The position numbers and the translations under genes were made by a program. DNA of 64,000 nucleotides from an uncultured bacterium (GTDB lineage Bacteria; Verrucomicrobiota; Kiritimatiellia; RFP12; UBA1067): NCBI GenBank assembly GCA_902770045.1, contig CACXRO010000001.1, positions 46,304 to 110,303 on the forward strand, written 5' to 3'. The notes under the pieces are model-generated. The model saw only the letters and a list, made by a program, of their open reading frames with translations. It ran no database searches and was not told the origin of the DNA. Below are positions 21,584 through 31,513 of the stretch, one piece after another (the first letter of the stretch is position 1; the number at the start of each line of letters is the position of its first letter).

Positions 21584-23692
21584 CTACTTTACCGGGAAGT
21601 CGAAATACGTGTCGGGGTAGGGCTCGTTGGCGAGGGTGAAGTGCCACCACTCCTCCTCCAGCGGCTTGAATCCGTGGGCGAGCATGATCTCGCGGAGCAG
21701 CATGCGGTTCGCGAACTGCTGCTGCGTTATGCCCTTGTAGTCGGGATGCGACTCCGCGCCGAACCAGTCGAAGGTTCCGCCCATGTCCACCTCCTTGCCG
21801 GTCTTCGCGTCGAAGAGCGTGAGGTCGACGGTACTGCCGCGGCTATGACCGGACTTCTCGGCGATGTAGCCCTGCGCGAAGAGGACGGACTTGTCCAGGT
21901 TGGGGTAGAACGGCGCCTTCATCCGGGCGTCGGACGTGTCCTTCGCCCAGCGCATGAAGTGGCTGACGGCGCGCTGCGGACGATAGGCGTCGTAGACCTT
22001 GAGCCGGTAGCCGCGGCGGACGCAGTCGTCGCTCGCCGCCTTGAGCGCCGCGGCCGCCTCCTTGGTGATCAGCGCGCAGGGGCGCTCATAGCCGTCGATG
22101 CGGTCGCCGACGAAGTTGTAGGTCGAGTAGTAGCGGATCTCCTGGATCACGTCCGGCACCGCCTCCGCGATGTACACGAAGCCCCTGCGCCCGGAATAGT
22201 CGTCAACCGAAGCCTCGAATGGACCGAGCGGAAGCCCGGCCGAGGAGAAGACGTTGCCGGTCCATGGCCGTTGGAAGAGATAGCGCACGCGGCAAGGAGC
22301 GGAAACGGAGTCGGACTTCAGGATCAGCTCCCTGCCCTTGACCACGCCGGTCGTCTTGTAGGCGATCGCCTCGCGCGTTCCGTCGTTGAGGTTGACGAGC
22401 CTCGCAGGGCGAAAGTCGCCGTCGGCGCCGGCAACCTCGAACGGAACCGAGGAACCCCAGTCCGCGTTGTACACGTACCATCCCTCGGCGTTGTCGAACG
22501 AAAGGACGAGGCTGTCGCCGTCCGCGCGCACCTCGCGGATCGTCGGCGAATCGGCGGCAAGCGAATCGAAGCCGTAGTCGCGCCGGAGCGCAAGCGCGGC
22601 AAGGCGTCGCCCGATCGGCCCCTTGTCCGCCGGGTGGATGTCGCAGTTGTTTCCAGTGTCGGCCGTGACGACCATCCCGGCGTTCGGCTCCTCGGCCGCG
22701 AACTTCGCCTGCGCGAGCTGGATGCCGGTTATGTCCTGGCTCCATGGCGCGAGCTGCACGAAGTAGAGCTTGAGGCCGGGGTTCTCGAACTTCGCCGACC
22801 ACCCCTTGTAGAGCGCGTGCATCTTGTCGCAGTAGCGCTCGGGCTCGTTCCTGTTCGTGCAGCCCTGGTACCAGATGAGGCCCTTCATGGTCATCGGACA
22901 CCACGGCTCGACCATCTCGTTCCACAGCACGGTCGGCTGCTGCATCGCGTTGAGGATCGGCCCCCTCGCCATGGTGTTCGTCCATGCGTTCATCTCGACG
23001 ACCGGGAACTCCGCCGTCTCGCGGATGGATTCCGGCGCGCCGTCATAGCCCGCGCGCGGCGTCCAGGCGTCGATGTTCGAGCCGCCGCAGTAGGATCCGA
23101 CGATCCCGATCGGGACGTCGAGCGCGTTGTGGAGCGCGATGGCGAAATAAACCCCCATGGCGGAGAAGCTCGGGGGGTTGCCGAGATTCTCGGGCGTGAA
23201 CGGGCGCCAGGCGACCGGATAAGTCGCTTCGCGCCGAGGCGTCGCGCTTCCCTTGTAGTCGCTCGCGAACACGCAGCGCACGGTCTTGAGGTTCGTGATT
23301 CCGGCGAGGAGGATGCCCTCGCGGTCACGGTAGTGCGGATTGCCGAAGACGAGCGGCATGTCGGTGTTGGACTGCCCGCAGCAGAACCAAACTTCACCGA
23401 CAAGCACGTCCTTGACCTCGACGCCGTTCGCCCTGAGCGTCCGTCCTTCCTTCGAGGCGGCCATCGGCGCGAGGCGGACAAGCCACCGCCCCTCCGCGTC
23501 CGCAGTCGCCGACACGCTCTGCCCCGCGAACGAGACGGTCACCCTTTCGCCCGCGTCGGCAGTTCCCCAGACGGCGGTCTTCGCGTCGCGCTGGAGAACC
23601 ATGCCGTCCGCGAACGGCGTGGCGAGCTTCACTTCGGCGAAGGCGCACGCGAGCCCCGCCCCCGCCACGATTGTCAGCAGCATTTTCCTCAT
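21584..23692 (-). CDS. Sialate O-acetylesterase fused to VanX-type D-Ala-D-Ala dipeptidase
   Basis: GQSN, WYQG, DIHP; then YDAYRP, SGHSRGSTVD, EWWHF. Confidence 0.85.
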   Translation of the reverse strand: MRKMLLTIVAGAGLACAFAEVKLATPFADGMVLQRDAKTAVWGTADAGERVTVSFAGQSVSATADAEGRWLVRLAPMAASKEGRTLRANGVEVKDVLVGEVWFCCGQSNTDMPLVFGNPHYRDREGILLAGITNLKTVRCVFASDYKGSATPRREATYPVAWRPFTPENLGNPPSFSAMGVYFAIALHNALDVPIGIVGSYCGGSNIDAWTPRAGYDGAPESIRETAEFPVVEMNAWTNTMARGPILNAMQQPTVLWNEMVEPWCPMTMKGLIWYQGCTNRNEPERYCDKMHALYKGWSAKFENPGLKLYFVQLAPWSQDITGIQLAQAKFAAEEPNAGMVVTADTGNNCDIHPADKGPIGRRLAALALRRDYGFDSLAADSPTIREVRADGDSLVLSFDNAEGWYVYNADWGSSVPFEVAGADGDFRPARLVNLNDGTREAIAYKTTGVVKGRELILKSDSVSAPCRVRYLFQRPWTGNVFSSAGLPLGPFEASVDDYSGRRGFVYIAEAVPDVIQEIRYYSTYNFVGDRIDGYERPCALITKEAAAALKAASDDCVRRGYRLKVYDAYRPQRAVSHFMRWAKDTSDARMKAPFYPNLDKSVLFAQGYIAEKSGHSRGSTVDLTLFDAKTGKEVDMGGTFDWFGAESHPDYKGITQQQFANRMLLREIMLAHGFKPLEEEWWHFTLANEPYPDTYFDFPVK

Positions 23693-23780
23693 GTCTTCAA
23701 TCTCCTTCCTTGCCATTTTCGTCTTTACACCCTCATGCCAACTGCCAATATGACATCAAGGTTATAGTGCGCAGCATCAA

Positions 23781-23795
23781 AAGGGTCAGACCCTT
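23781..23795. repeat. REP-like palindrome AAGGGTCAGACCCTT
   Basis: 7-bp arms around one central base. Confidence 0.85.
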
Positions 23796-23943
23796 CTGTA
23801 TATGTTTTTACCGTATCTGCTGCCCCTGCGTTCATGCCATGCCCGGCCTCCGACGGCGCGGCGGAAACGGCGAACGGCGCTATGTGGCTTATGCGCATGG
23901 TATTGCTCGGTCTCACTGGCGCGTATTATACCATATCCGCCGC

Positions 23944-23964
23944 GATTACGGTGCGGACGAAATC
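23944..23964. repeat. 21-bp motif GATTACGGTGCGGACGAAATC, copy 1
   Basis: Identical to 42265-42285. Confidence 0.9.
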
Positions 23965-24062
23965 CAATCCCTTCATCGCATTTGCATCCATCATCCTACT
24001 TGCTATCGCATCCCTGTACTAACGCGCATAGCCAAAAACCATTGCCATTAGACACATTGTTA

Positions 24063-24635
24063 TCAAAGGACTCGTTTTAAAAATTTTATGTCTAATTTTT
24101 TATTACATGACTTAAAATGGTACACAGAAATATTCTTTTTTTCTCCATCCGCATTTATCCCAACATCATATCCAATACAATCATAAAAAGCAATATTGCG
24201 AGGCAATTGGATCGATGGGATAAAGACAAGTTTGCTTGTTATACAACCTTTACCATCAAGACTATCCAGGCAACCAACCTCATAATGTGGATACGCCCTA
24301 AAACAATTTCGTGACACATATAATGTGCCAGATTCCATATTCATAATTGCCGCCTCTATTTCAGAATCTTTTAATTGCAATTCACCATCCTCGGCAATTA
24401 CAAGCTCTCCATTACCCTCAACGAACAAATTAACCGAGAATTCCTCCACCCTGACATTATCATCTGTTGTCTCGCAACTTAAAATATATGTATCGTCATC
24501 AAAGCCGATGATAATGTCAGAATTTTTCTCGTTGATGCGGTTTACAATTTTTAAAGAGGGAAAAGAAACGTTATTGTTGACAGCACAACCGCATAAAGAA
24601 CTAAACAATGCCATTATCCATAATAATTTATTCAT
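24063..24635 (-). CDS. Low-GC lipoprotein, candidate orphan immunity protein
   Basis: MNKLLWIMALFSSLCGC lipobox; AT-rich versus flanks. Confidence 0.7.
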   Translation of the reverse strand: MNKLLWIMALFSSLCGCAVNNNVSFPSLKIVNRINEKNSDIIIGFDDDTYILSCETTDDNVRVEEFSVNLFVEGNGELVIAEDGELQLKDSEIEAAIMNMESGTLYVSRNCFRAYPHYEVGCLDSLDGKGCITSKLVFIPSIQLPRNIAFYDCIGYDVGINADGEKKNISVYHFKSCNKKLDIKFLKRVL

Positions 24636-24765
24636 ATTTTTTATTCCATTCATCTTGTTTATCAGGAATAGTTCCATGTTCTGTTTCGCTATCATACTTG
24701 TTTTGTTTATCCATAAATTGACGAGGGGGACTGTCCCCCGCGATTGTTAGAAATCCGAAAACCAT
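24628..24765 (-). pseudogene. 45-aa chimeric ORF: host-like start plus DUF922-like C-terminal fragment
   Basis: AAGGAG RBS; MVFGFLTIA-GDSP-...QNKYDSETEHG..KQDEW; stop overlaps lipoprotein ATG. Confidence 0.5.
24725..24739. repeat. REP-like palindrome GGGGGACTGTCCCCC
   Basis: 7-bp arms at the edge of the AT-rich insert. Confidence 0.88.
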
Positions 24766-24826
24766 GATTGACTCCTTTCCCTTTGCAATCGTTTGCCTAA
24801 TAGGATACCGAATTTTCCCCGCGAAA

Positions 24827-26701
24827 TCAAGCGCGAATCGACCAGCCGTAGGCGCCGATCGCGTCGGCCACGGCCGCAACGTAGTCCGCCTCCTCGTCCG
24901 TCACCTTGCCGTCCTGCGCAATCGTCTCCTTCAGCCCGGTAAGAAGCTCGCGCTTCGCAAGCGGGGGCAGATGCATGAGCGAATCGAGCGCCGCAAGAAT
25001 CTCAGTCGCATCGTCGTAGGGCTCGGGCATCGGCGGCAAAGCTGGGCCAAAGAGCGAAAGTTTCCGCCCTGCCGCCACATAGCCACCCTCGGGGTCGCCG
25101 CCAAACGACGCTACCGTTGCTATCACGCGCGCGGCGACGGGAAGAAGAGTCTTCGCCGGCACCATCTTCGGGACGCGTCCGTCCGAGAGAAGCCGACGCC
25201 TGACGGACGCCATGACCATCATCTCGAAGGAATCGTACATTCCGTCCTCCTGGACGACGCGCTCCGCCTCCTCCGCCCAGTGGCGACGCTGAGATATCGA
25301 CGCACCGTCCCGAAGCGTGTTGACGCACCTGAGCGCGAGCGTACGCCGCTCGGCCGCAGAAATCTCCCCTACCCATCCCTCCGGCACTTGGCCGCGCAGA
25401 AGCGCGATGAGCATCCCGCCGGCTTTCGCCGGACTCCGCGCTGACGCGAGCACGGCGGGCTGCACCTTCGCATCCGCGAGCGACACGTCCGCCGCCTTGA
25501 GCCCCCTCGCGCGGGAGACGCTCTTCGCGAAATTCTCGTTCGCCGCCTTGGCCATCGCGCGGCGGCGCTCCTTGACCGCATTGATGCGCAACTTCACCGA
25601 TTCGTCCGCGGCAGTCTCGCCGCGCGGAGAGAGACGGCGGATGCGCTCCTTGACCGGCGGATGGGTCTCAAAGAGGGAGTCGCCTGTCGACGCGAAGAGC
25701 ATGTGCGAGACATCGCCCTTCCACGCACCGAATGCACGGCCGCCGCCAACCACATCCGCAAGGTACGTGAACCTGAGCGCATTCGCAAGCCCCTCTGGAT
25801 TTCTGGTGAACTGCGCCGACGCGGCGTCCGCAAGGAACTCGCGCTCGCGCGATACAGCACACTGGACGAGCCGCGCGAAGAAGGTGCCGATCGATCCGAC
25901 AAGCCACAGCGCGATGCCGGTGAGGACATATATGACGAGGAGCGGCAGCGGACCGCCGCCCTTGCCCTTGCTTTTGCCGCGCGGAACCACAATGACGCAA
26001 GAGCCGTCTTCTCCGTCTCCACCAAGCAACGACAGCATGCCCTTCCCAAAACGCGAGACGGAGGAAATGCCAGCGACAAGCGCAGTGAGACGAAAGTTAA
26101 GCCGCATGTCGCCGTTCAGGATGTGGCTGAATTCGTGCGCGACAACACCCTGCAGCTCATCGCGCGTAAGCCACTCAAGCGCACCGCGAGTCACGCATAC
26201 GGCCGCAGAAGAAGGGTCTGTCCCCGCCGCAAGCGCGTTGACTCCGCCTTCTCCCTCAAGAACCCATACGGTCGGCATGTCGAGTCCGGACGCGATGGAC
26301 ATCTCCTCGCAGACATTGAGAAAACGGTCTCGCGCAAGGTCGGCTTCGGCGTCAGACGAAACCTTGCCGCGGCTCAGGCGCGTCGCGCCGATTGACTTCA
26401 TCAACATGTCGCCTGAAGAAAGTCCAAAGAACTTCGAAAGCGTCGCAATGGCGATGAGCAGGAAGGAAAAGACGAAGCAGGCAGCGCCGACTTGCGGATA
26501 TGCGCGGCAGAACGCGGCAATACCGGCCTCGGTTGCATCGCACGCCAAGTCGGCATCACCGAAATACAGCCAGACGCCCCAGCAGGCGAGCAAAAAGACA
26601 ATGCCCGTTGCCACGGCTGTCGCGATTATCGCAACAGCTGCGAGCGGGACAAGGCGGAATGTTCTGGTGCGCGCCGCCTGCTGGAGCGCGAATGGGTCCA
26701 T
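24827..26701 (-). CDS. M48 family metalloprotease (LemA-associated)
   Basis: HEFSH, SREREFLAD, THPP. Confidence 0.9.
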   Translation of the reverse strand: MDPFALQQAARTRTFRLVPLAAVAIIATAVATGIVFLLACWGVWLYFGDADLACDATEAGIAAFCRAYPQVGAACFVFSFLLIAIATLSKFFGLSSGDMLMKSIGATRLSRGKVSSDAEADLARDRFLNVCEEMSIASGLDMPTVWVLEGEGGVNALAAGTDPSSAAVCVTRGALEWLTRDELQGVVAHEFSHILNGDMRLNFRLTALVAGISSVSRFGKGMLSLLGGDGEDGSCVIVVPRGKSKGKGGGPLPLLVIYVLTGIALWLVGSIGTFFARLVQCAVSREREFLADAASAQFTRNPEGLANALRFTYLADVVGGGRAFGAWKGDVSHMLFASTGDSLFETHPPVKERIRRLSPRGETAADESVKLRINAVKERRRAMAKAANENFAKSVSRARGLKAADVSLADAKVQPAVLASARSPAKAGGMLIALLRGQVPEGWVGEISAAERRTLALRCVNTLRDGASISQRRHWAEEAERVVQEDGMYDSFEMMVMASVRRRLLSDGRVPKMVPAKTLLPVAARVIATVASFGGDPEGGYVAAGRKLSLFGPALPPMPEPYDDATEILAALDSLMHLPPLAKRELLTGLKETIAQDGKVTDEEADYVAAVADAIGAYGWSIRA

Positions 26702-26702
26702 A

Positions 26703-27305
26703 TCAGAACTTCACCTGCGGCGCCTCGCGCTGCGCGGCGGAGTCGGTCGACTCAAGGAGCGCTGCGGGCGCGAAGTTGAAGATGCCCGCGACGATCGAAG
26801 TCGGAAAAAGCTCGCGCTTCGTATTGTACTCCGTTACGGCGTCGTTGTACGCCTGGCGCGCGAAGGCGATGCGGTTCTCGGTCGAGGAAAGCTCCTCCAT
26901 GACACGCGACATCTGTCCGTCCGCCTTGAGATCGGGATAGCGCTCGACAACGACCATGAGGCGGGAGAGAAGCCCCGCGAGCCCGGATTCGGCGGCGGAG
27001 AAGGCCTTGACCGCAGACGGATCGCCCGGCGCTGCGGCGAGCGCCTTCGCGGCGCCCGCGGCCTGGTTGCGCGCCTCGATGACGGCAGTCAGCGTCTCGC
27101 GCTCGTGCTTGAGGTAGCCCTTCGCCGTCTCGACGAGGTTGGGGATGAGGTCGTAGCGGCGGCGGAGCTGCACGTCGATCTGCGCGAATGCGTTCTTGAA
27201 CCTGTTCTTGAGAACGACGAGTCCGTTGTAGAGCCCAACGATCCACGCAATGAGAACGATGGCGATAACGACAATGACCAACAGTGCAATCAGGATTCCG
27301 TACAT
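26703..27305 (-). CDS. lemA: LemA family protein
   Basis: IDVQLRRRYDLIPNLV, YPDLKA. Confidence 0.95.
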   Translation of the reverse strand: MYGILIALLVIVVIAIVLIAWIVGLYNGLVVLKNRFKNAFAQIDVQLRRRYDLIPNLVETAKGYLKHERETLTAVIEARNQAAGAAKALAAAPGDPSAVKAFSAAESGLAGLLSRLMVVVERYPDLKADGQMSRVMEELSSTENRIAFARQAYNDAVTEYNTKRELFPTSIVAGIFNFAPAALLESTDSAAQREAPQVKF

Positions 27306-27453
27306 GTTGTTCCTCCTTTTGGTTGTTGTTTTCGGTTATTATACCATTTTTGCCGCGCTCCGTGTTGGCTTTCGCGGCAGATTTTCGCCGCTCTGAAAGG
27401 TGAGCGTCGTTAAACGCGAACAAATCCGCGTGTTAAACCAAAACCGCCGCGGC

Positions 27454-27493
27454 CTTTCAACTTTTCAACCTTTCAACTTTTCAACCTTTCAAC
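27454..27493. repeat. (YTTTCAAC)x5 tandem octamer
   Basis: Five units; two more at 19205-19220. Confidence 0.9.
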
Positions 27494-27572
27494 CTCTCGG
27501 GTGCCGCGCAAGGTGCCGCGCTCAGCCGCGGCGGGCGAGGGCGGCGCGGACAGGCGCTGCAGACAGCCGGCG

Positions 27573-28901
27573 TCACTGCGGCCGCCTCGTGGACATGAGC
27601 ACCGCGTAGATGGTCGCGGTGACGCAGACGGGGGCGATGAAGATCGCGGTGACGGCCATCGCCCAGCCCGGGACGCCAAGGGGAAGGAGAATGGAGCAGA
27701 CCGTGAAGAGCGACGCGGTGTAGGCGATCTGCCCGGCCATGATGGCCTTCGGTCGTTTCGCCAGCGCGGCGAGTCCCTCCACGCGCGCTCGAACCGCGTG
27801 GATGACGGATATGAGCGAATAGATCCCGATGGCGAGGCGCGCCGTCCCGACGATGCGCGGCGGGACGTTCTGGTAGGTGCCAAAGTACCAGCCGCCGACG
27901 AGCGGAGTGGAGAACACGAGCGGCACGACGCCGAGGAGAAGTCCCGCGGCAGCTGCATACGCGAGCAGGCGCCTGTCGCCGGCGTACTCCGGCGGGAACT
28001 TGATCGCCACCGTCTGCATGCGGAGCGCGGCGAACGCCACCGGGTTCGCGACGCCGATGGTGACATAGTGGATGGCGAGCATGTCGTTGGCGTCGGCCGT
28101 CCTGCCGACGAAGGCGGCGATCACGAGCGGCGAGAGCATCAGCAGAAAGCCGCCGAGCGAAAGCGGAAGCGTGAAGCGGAACTGCTCGAGCGTGAGGCGG
28201 GGGATGCTCGGAAGCGACGGCGCGCCTTCGGACTGCGGCCGGTTGGGGAGCCGCGCGACGTATGGCCGCGCATAGAGCCAGGTGGCGACGAGCTCCATGC
28301 CGACGCCGAAGGTCAGCGCCGCGAGCCCCCACCACGGCCCGACCAGGCCCATCTGCGGAAAGGCGACGGCAAGCGCGAAGGTCACGACCAGGCGGATGAC
28401 CGTCGCATAGTTCGCCTTCGCGCTTTCGAGGTTGTTGAAGAGGACGACCATCGGGACGTTGCGGAGGAAGAAGAACCCGTTCATCACCACGCCATAGAGG
28501 AGCGTGCGCGACGCGATCTCGGCGAGCTCCGGCGTCAGCGCGAAGAGTCCCGAGAATATCCAGTCCGAGAACGGCGGCAGCGCAGCGACGCACTGGACCG
28601 CCAGGAGCGCGGACATCATCAGCGTGTTGAGGCGCCTGAAGGCGACGTAGCCCATCCAGGTCTTGGCGAAGACGAGTCCGGTGGTGATGAGCCCGCCGCC
28701 AATCGCGCCGATCATGAACATGACCATCTGACCCTGGCTGAAGGCAGTGAGCGCGTCGACGCCATGTTCGCCGTGCGTGACGATGCCGGCGACAAGCGGA
28801 TACGCGAGCGACTGCGAGAACCCCTGCAGCAGCAGCGGCACGTAGAAGCGCGTGACGCTTCCGACGCTGAACTTCGACTCTGCCGCTGCGCCTGACTGCA
28901 T
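27573..28901 (-). CDS. MATE/MOP-like membrane transporter
   Basis: ~12 TM in two halves (FYVPL / FTLPL). Confidence 0.65.
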   Translation of the reverse strand: MQSGAAAESKFSVGSVTRFYVPLLLQGFSQSLAYPLVAGIVTHGEHGVDALTAFSQGQMVMFMIGAIGGGLITTGLVFAKTWMGYVAFRRLNTLMMSALLAVQCVAALPPFSDWIFSGLFALTPELAEIASRTLLYGVVMNGFFFLRNVPMVVLFNNLESAKANYATVIRLVVTFALAVAFPQMGLVGPWWGLAALTFGVGMELVATWLYARPYVARLPNRPQSEGAPSLPSIPRLTLEQFRFTLPLSLGGFLLMLSPLVIAAFVGRTADANDMLAIHYVTIGVANPVAFAALRMQTVAIKFPPEYAGDRRLLAYAAAAGLLLGVVPLVFSTPLVGGWYFGTYQNVPPRIVGTARLAIGIYSLISVIHAVRARVEGLAALAKRPKAIMAGQIAYTASLFTVCSILLPLGVPGWAMAVTAIFIAPVCVTATIYAVLMSTRRPQ

Positions 28902-28909
28902 ATTGCCGT

Positions 28910-30118
28910 TCACCTTAGATTGTCGTCTCTTCGGCCACGCAGCGCGGCGCCGGCACCGTGCGCATAACGACACCCCAGGATTGCGCCAAGCGCGACGCAG
29001 GCGGCAATCGGGCCAAGACCAAACGAAAAATAATCGCAGGCGATGCTTCTAAGAAATACCAAAGACAGCATGGCCAGCCCAACTATCCACGCATAAATGC
29101 TCAGAAGGCCGACCTTGTCCCTGATGCGCAATTCGGGCCACGCAGAAGACGCATACGCCAGATAGCCAAGTGCGATCGGGGAGATGCCGACAAGCCGCCC
29201 CGAAGCGAGTCCAAGCCCCGCGAAGGCCACCTGCGCGATGACCGAGGCCGCCGCAAACGAGAGGAAAAGCCCGATGAATTTGCGATGTCCGGCCCGTCGC
29301 TCAACTACAGCCAACGGCAGGAAAAGCAGAAAGGCGAAAATCAAGGCAACCCTTCCGGACATCTGCACAAACGGGAACGAGAGGGCCGTCAGCGGAGAAG
29401 AGACGTCGAATCCGCACTTTTCGGCCATTGCCTCTGTCAGCACCCAGAAGTCGCGATAGTACACCCTTTCCCTGACTCCAACGTCTGTTATTTCCGTCGT
29501 AATGTCGTGGCAGCTGTAAAACACGCAGGCATGGACAATTGGCAAGGCGAGCGTCAGCACAATGGTAAAGATCGGCGACTCTGGCTTGACCATCCGCCAA
29601 AGAGTCGGCGCGCCGATGACGATCCGCGCGACATCGCGCAGAATGTCGCCAAGGTCGTAATCACCCGGCGAGACTTCTTCCGGCAGCGAGTCAAGCACCG
29701 CGGCGGCGTAGCGTTCGCGCGCCTCGGGCGTCGCGCGCGCGAGAATCTGGCGCATCGTCGCCTCGCCATGCTTCGGCGGCGGCGGCGGCGCAAGCACCTC
29801 GTACTCTCCCTTGTCGCACCAGACCGAAAGGCAGCGTCCGCAGACGTCGATCTCCAGTTTGTCCGCCCCGTCGCCGACCTTCATCAGGGTCATCTGTCCG
29901 GCGCACCCGGGGCACAGGCATCCGATGTGCTCAGCGGTGCGGGCGGCGCGCATCAGCGCGGCAATGCTTTGGGCGTCCAGCGATTCACGGAGCACAGGGA
30001 GCGTCACGGCCATGCCGCCGCACGACGGACAGCGGAAGCACACCTTGCCAGTCGGCGTCGCGCCGCGCACAAGTTCGCGCCCGCACCTCGGGCAGAAGCC
30101 TATGTCCTTTTCGTCCAT
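28910..30118 (-). CDS. Zn-ribbon plus rhomboid-like membrane protein
   Basis: Four CxxC, CLSVWCDKGE; ERRAG..F, VGISP. Confidence 0.7.
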   Translation of the reverse strand: MDEKDIGFCPRCGRELVRGATPTGKVCFRCPSCGGMAVTLPVLRESLDAQSIAALMRAARTAEHIGCLCPGCAGQMTLMKVGDGADKLEIDVCGRCLSVWCDKGEYEVLAPPPPPKHGEATMRQILARATPEARERYAAAVLDSLPEEVSPGDYDLGDILRDVARIVIGAPTLWRMVKPESPIFTIVLTLALPIVHACVFYSCHDITTEITDVGVRERVYYRDFWVLTEAMAEKCGFDVSSPLTALSFPFVQMSGRVALIFAFLLFLPLAVVERRAGHRKFIGLFLSFAAASVIAQVAFAGLGLASGRLVGISPIALGYLAYASSAWPELRIRDKVGLLSIYAWIVGLAMLSLVFLRSIACDYFSFGLGPIAACVALGAILGCRYAHGAGAALRGRRDDNLR

Positions 30119-30121
30119 ATA

Positions 30122-30604
30122 TTACCCACCATGGACCGCCGTCCAGAACTGGTAGGCAATGAATCCGCAGCAGGCGACCTTCAGCGCCACGCCGCACAAA
30201 TATCCGAGAAATGCGCCGAACGCACCCTTGAGCGACCGCCCGAACGGCTTGCCGGAAATGAGTTCTCCTGCAAGCGCGCCGAGAAACGGCCCCAGGACGA
30301 CGCCGAGCGGGAGGAAGAAGAGACCGACGATCGTGCCGATGAAACAACCGAGCATCCCGACGCGCGAGCAGTTGAACTTCTTCGCCCCCAGCGTCGGCAC
30401 GATCCAGTCAAGCACCAGCACCGCCGCCGTGACCGCGCCGGCAACGACAAGCGCAGCGACGCCGGGCGACGAGTGGTCACCGCGCGCCAGCGCGAGGAAA
30501 AGCGCCGCGTACGCGATCGGCGGGCCGGGCAGCACCGGCAGAAAGCAGCCAACGGCTCCAATCGCAATCAGAATCCAGCCAATCCATTCGTAGACGATGT
30601 CCAT
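30122..30604 (-). CDS. DUF456 family membrane protein
   Basis: PVLPGPP, LGPFLGALAGE. Confidence 0.85.
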   Translation of the reverse strand: MDIVYEWIGWILIAIGAVGCFLPVLPGPPIAYAALFLALARGDHSSPGVAALVVAGAVTAAVLVLDWIVPTLGAKKFNCSRVGMLGCFIGTIVGLFFLPLGVVLGPFLGALAGELISGKPFGRSLKGAFGAFLGYLCGVALKVACCGFIAYQFWTAVHGG

Positions 30605-31482
30605 CAGCACGGAGGCAGATTCTGGAGCGCCTCGATGCGGTCGTCGATCGACGGGTGCGTCGACCAGATGGAAGTGCCGCGCTTCGACGCAACGCCGAAC
30701 GCCTTGAGCGAGTCGGGGAGGACGCCGGGCTGCAGGTTCCCGAGCCGGCGGAGCGCCGCGATCATCGGCCCGGGCGTGCCCAGGAGCCGCGCGCTGCCCG
30801 CGTCCGCCGCGTACTCGCGCCGCCGCGAGAACGCGAACACCACCAGCGAGGCGAGGATGCCGAGCCCGACCTGCAGCACGACCACGAAGAGGACGTATGC
30901 GCCGCCGTTGCCGCGGCGGTTGCCCTTGCCGCCGGAAAGCACCGAGGCCAGCACCCGCGAGAAGAAGAGGACGAACGCGTTGAGGACGCCCTGGACCAGG
31001 GTAAGCGTCACCATGTCGCCGTTCGCGACGTGGCTCATCTCGTGGCCGAGCACCGCCTTGAGCTCCTCCTTCGTCATCTGGCCCATGATGTCCGTCGAGA
31101 CGGCAACGAGCGCGTGGTTCTTGAACGCGCCGGTCGCGAAGGCGTTCGCCGCGCCGGGATAGATCGCCACCTCGGGCATGCGCACGTTCGCGCGCCGGGC
31201 GAGGTCCTCCACCGTCGCCACCAGCCAGCGCTCCGCCTCGCCTTCGCTGCCGTCGATGGTCTTCGCCCCGCAGGCGAACTTGGCCATCTGCTTGGAGAGC
31301 AGCAGCGAGATGATCGAGCCGACGAAGCCGTAGACGACGGCGAAGATCAGGAGATCCGCGTATTCAGCGCCGAGCTGCTTCTCGAGGTCGGCGCCGAAGA
31401 ACGCGAAGAGGAGCTGCGACACGACGACAAGCGTGAGCAGCACCGCGATGTTGGTGACGAGGAAGAGGAATATGCGCTTCAT
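30604..31482 (-). CDS. htpX: Protease HtpX
   Basis: MKRIFLFLVTN, HEMSHVANGDMVT. Confidence 0.95.
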   Translation of the reverse strand: MKRIFLFLVTNIAVLLTLVVVSQLLFAFFGADLEKQLGAEYADLLIFAVVYGFVGSIISLLLSKQMAKFACGAKTIDGSEGEAERWLVATVEDLARRANVRMPEVAIYPGAANAFATGAFKNHALVAVSTDIMGQMTKEELKAVLGHEMSHVANGDMVTLTLVQGVLNAFVLFFSRVLASVLSGGKGNRRGNGGAYVLFVVVLQVGLGILASLVVFAFSRRREYAADAGSARLLGTPGPMIAALRRLGNLQPGVLPDSLKAFGVASKRGTSIWSTHPSIDDRIEALQNLPPC

Positions 31483-31513
31483 GGCTGTACTTTGCCTCCG
31501 TTGACGGGTGTGA

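Noticed and set aside
19223-23767. 1514-aa plus-strand ORF and similar long antisense ORFs (e.g. 31801-34605, 37909-40485)
   Set aside because: Shadow frames of real high-GC genes; no recognisable motifs.
27405-27440. Two GTTAAAC motifs as integron attC/attI
   Set aside because: No complementary box structure and no integrase.
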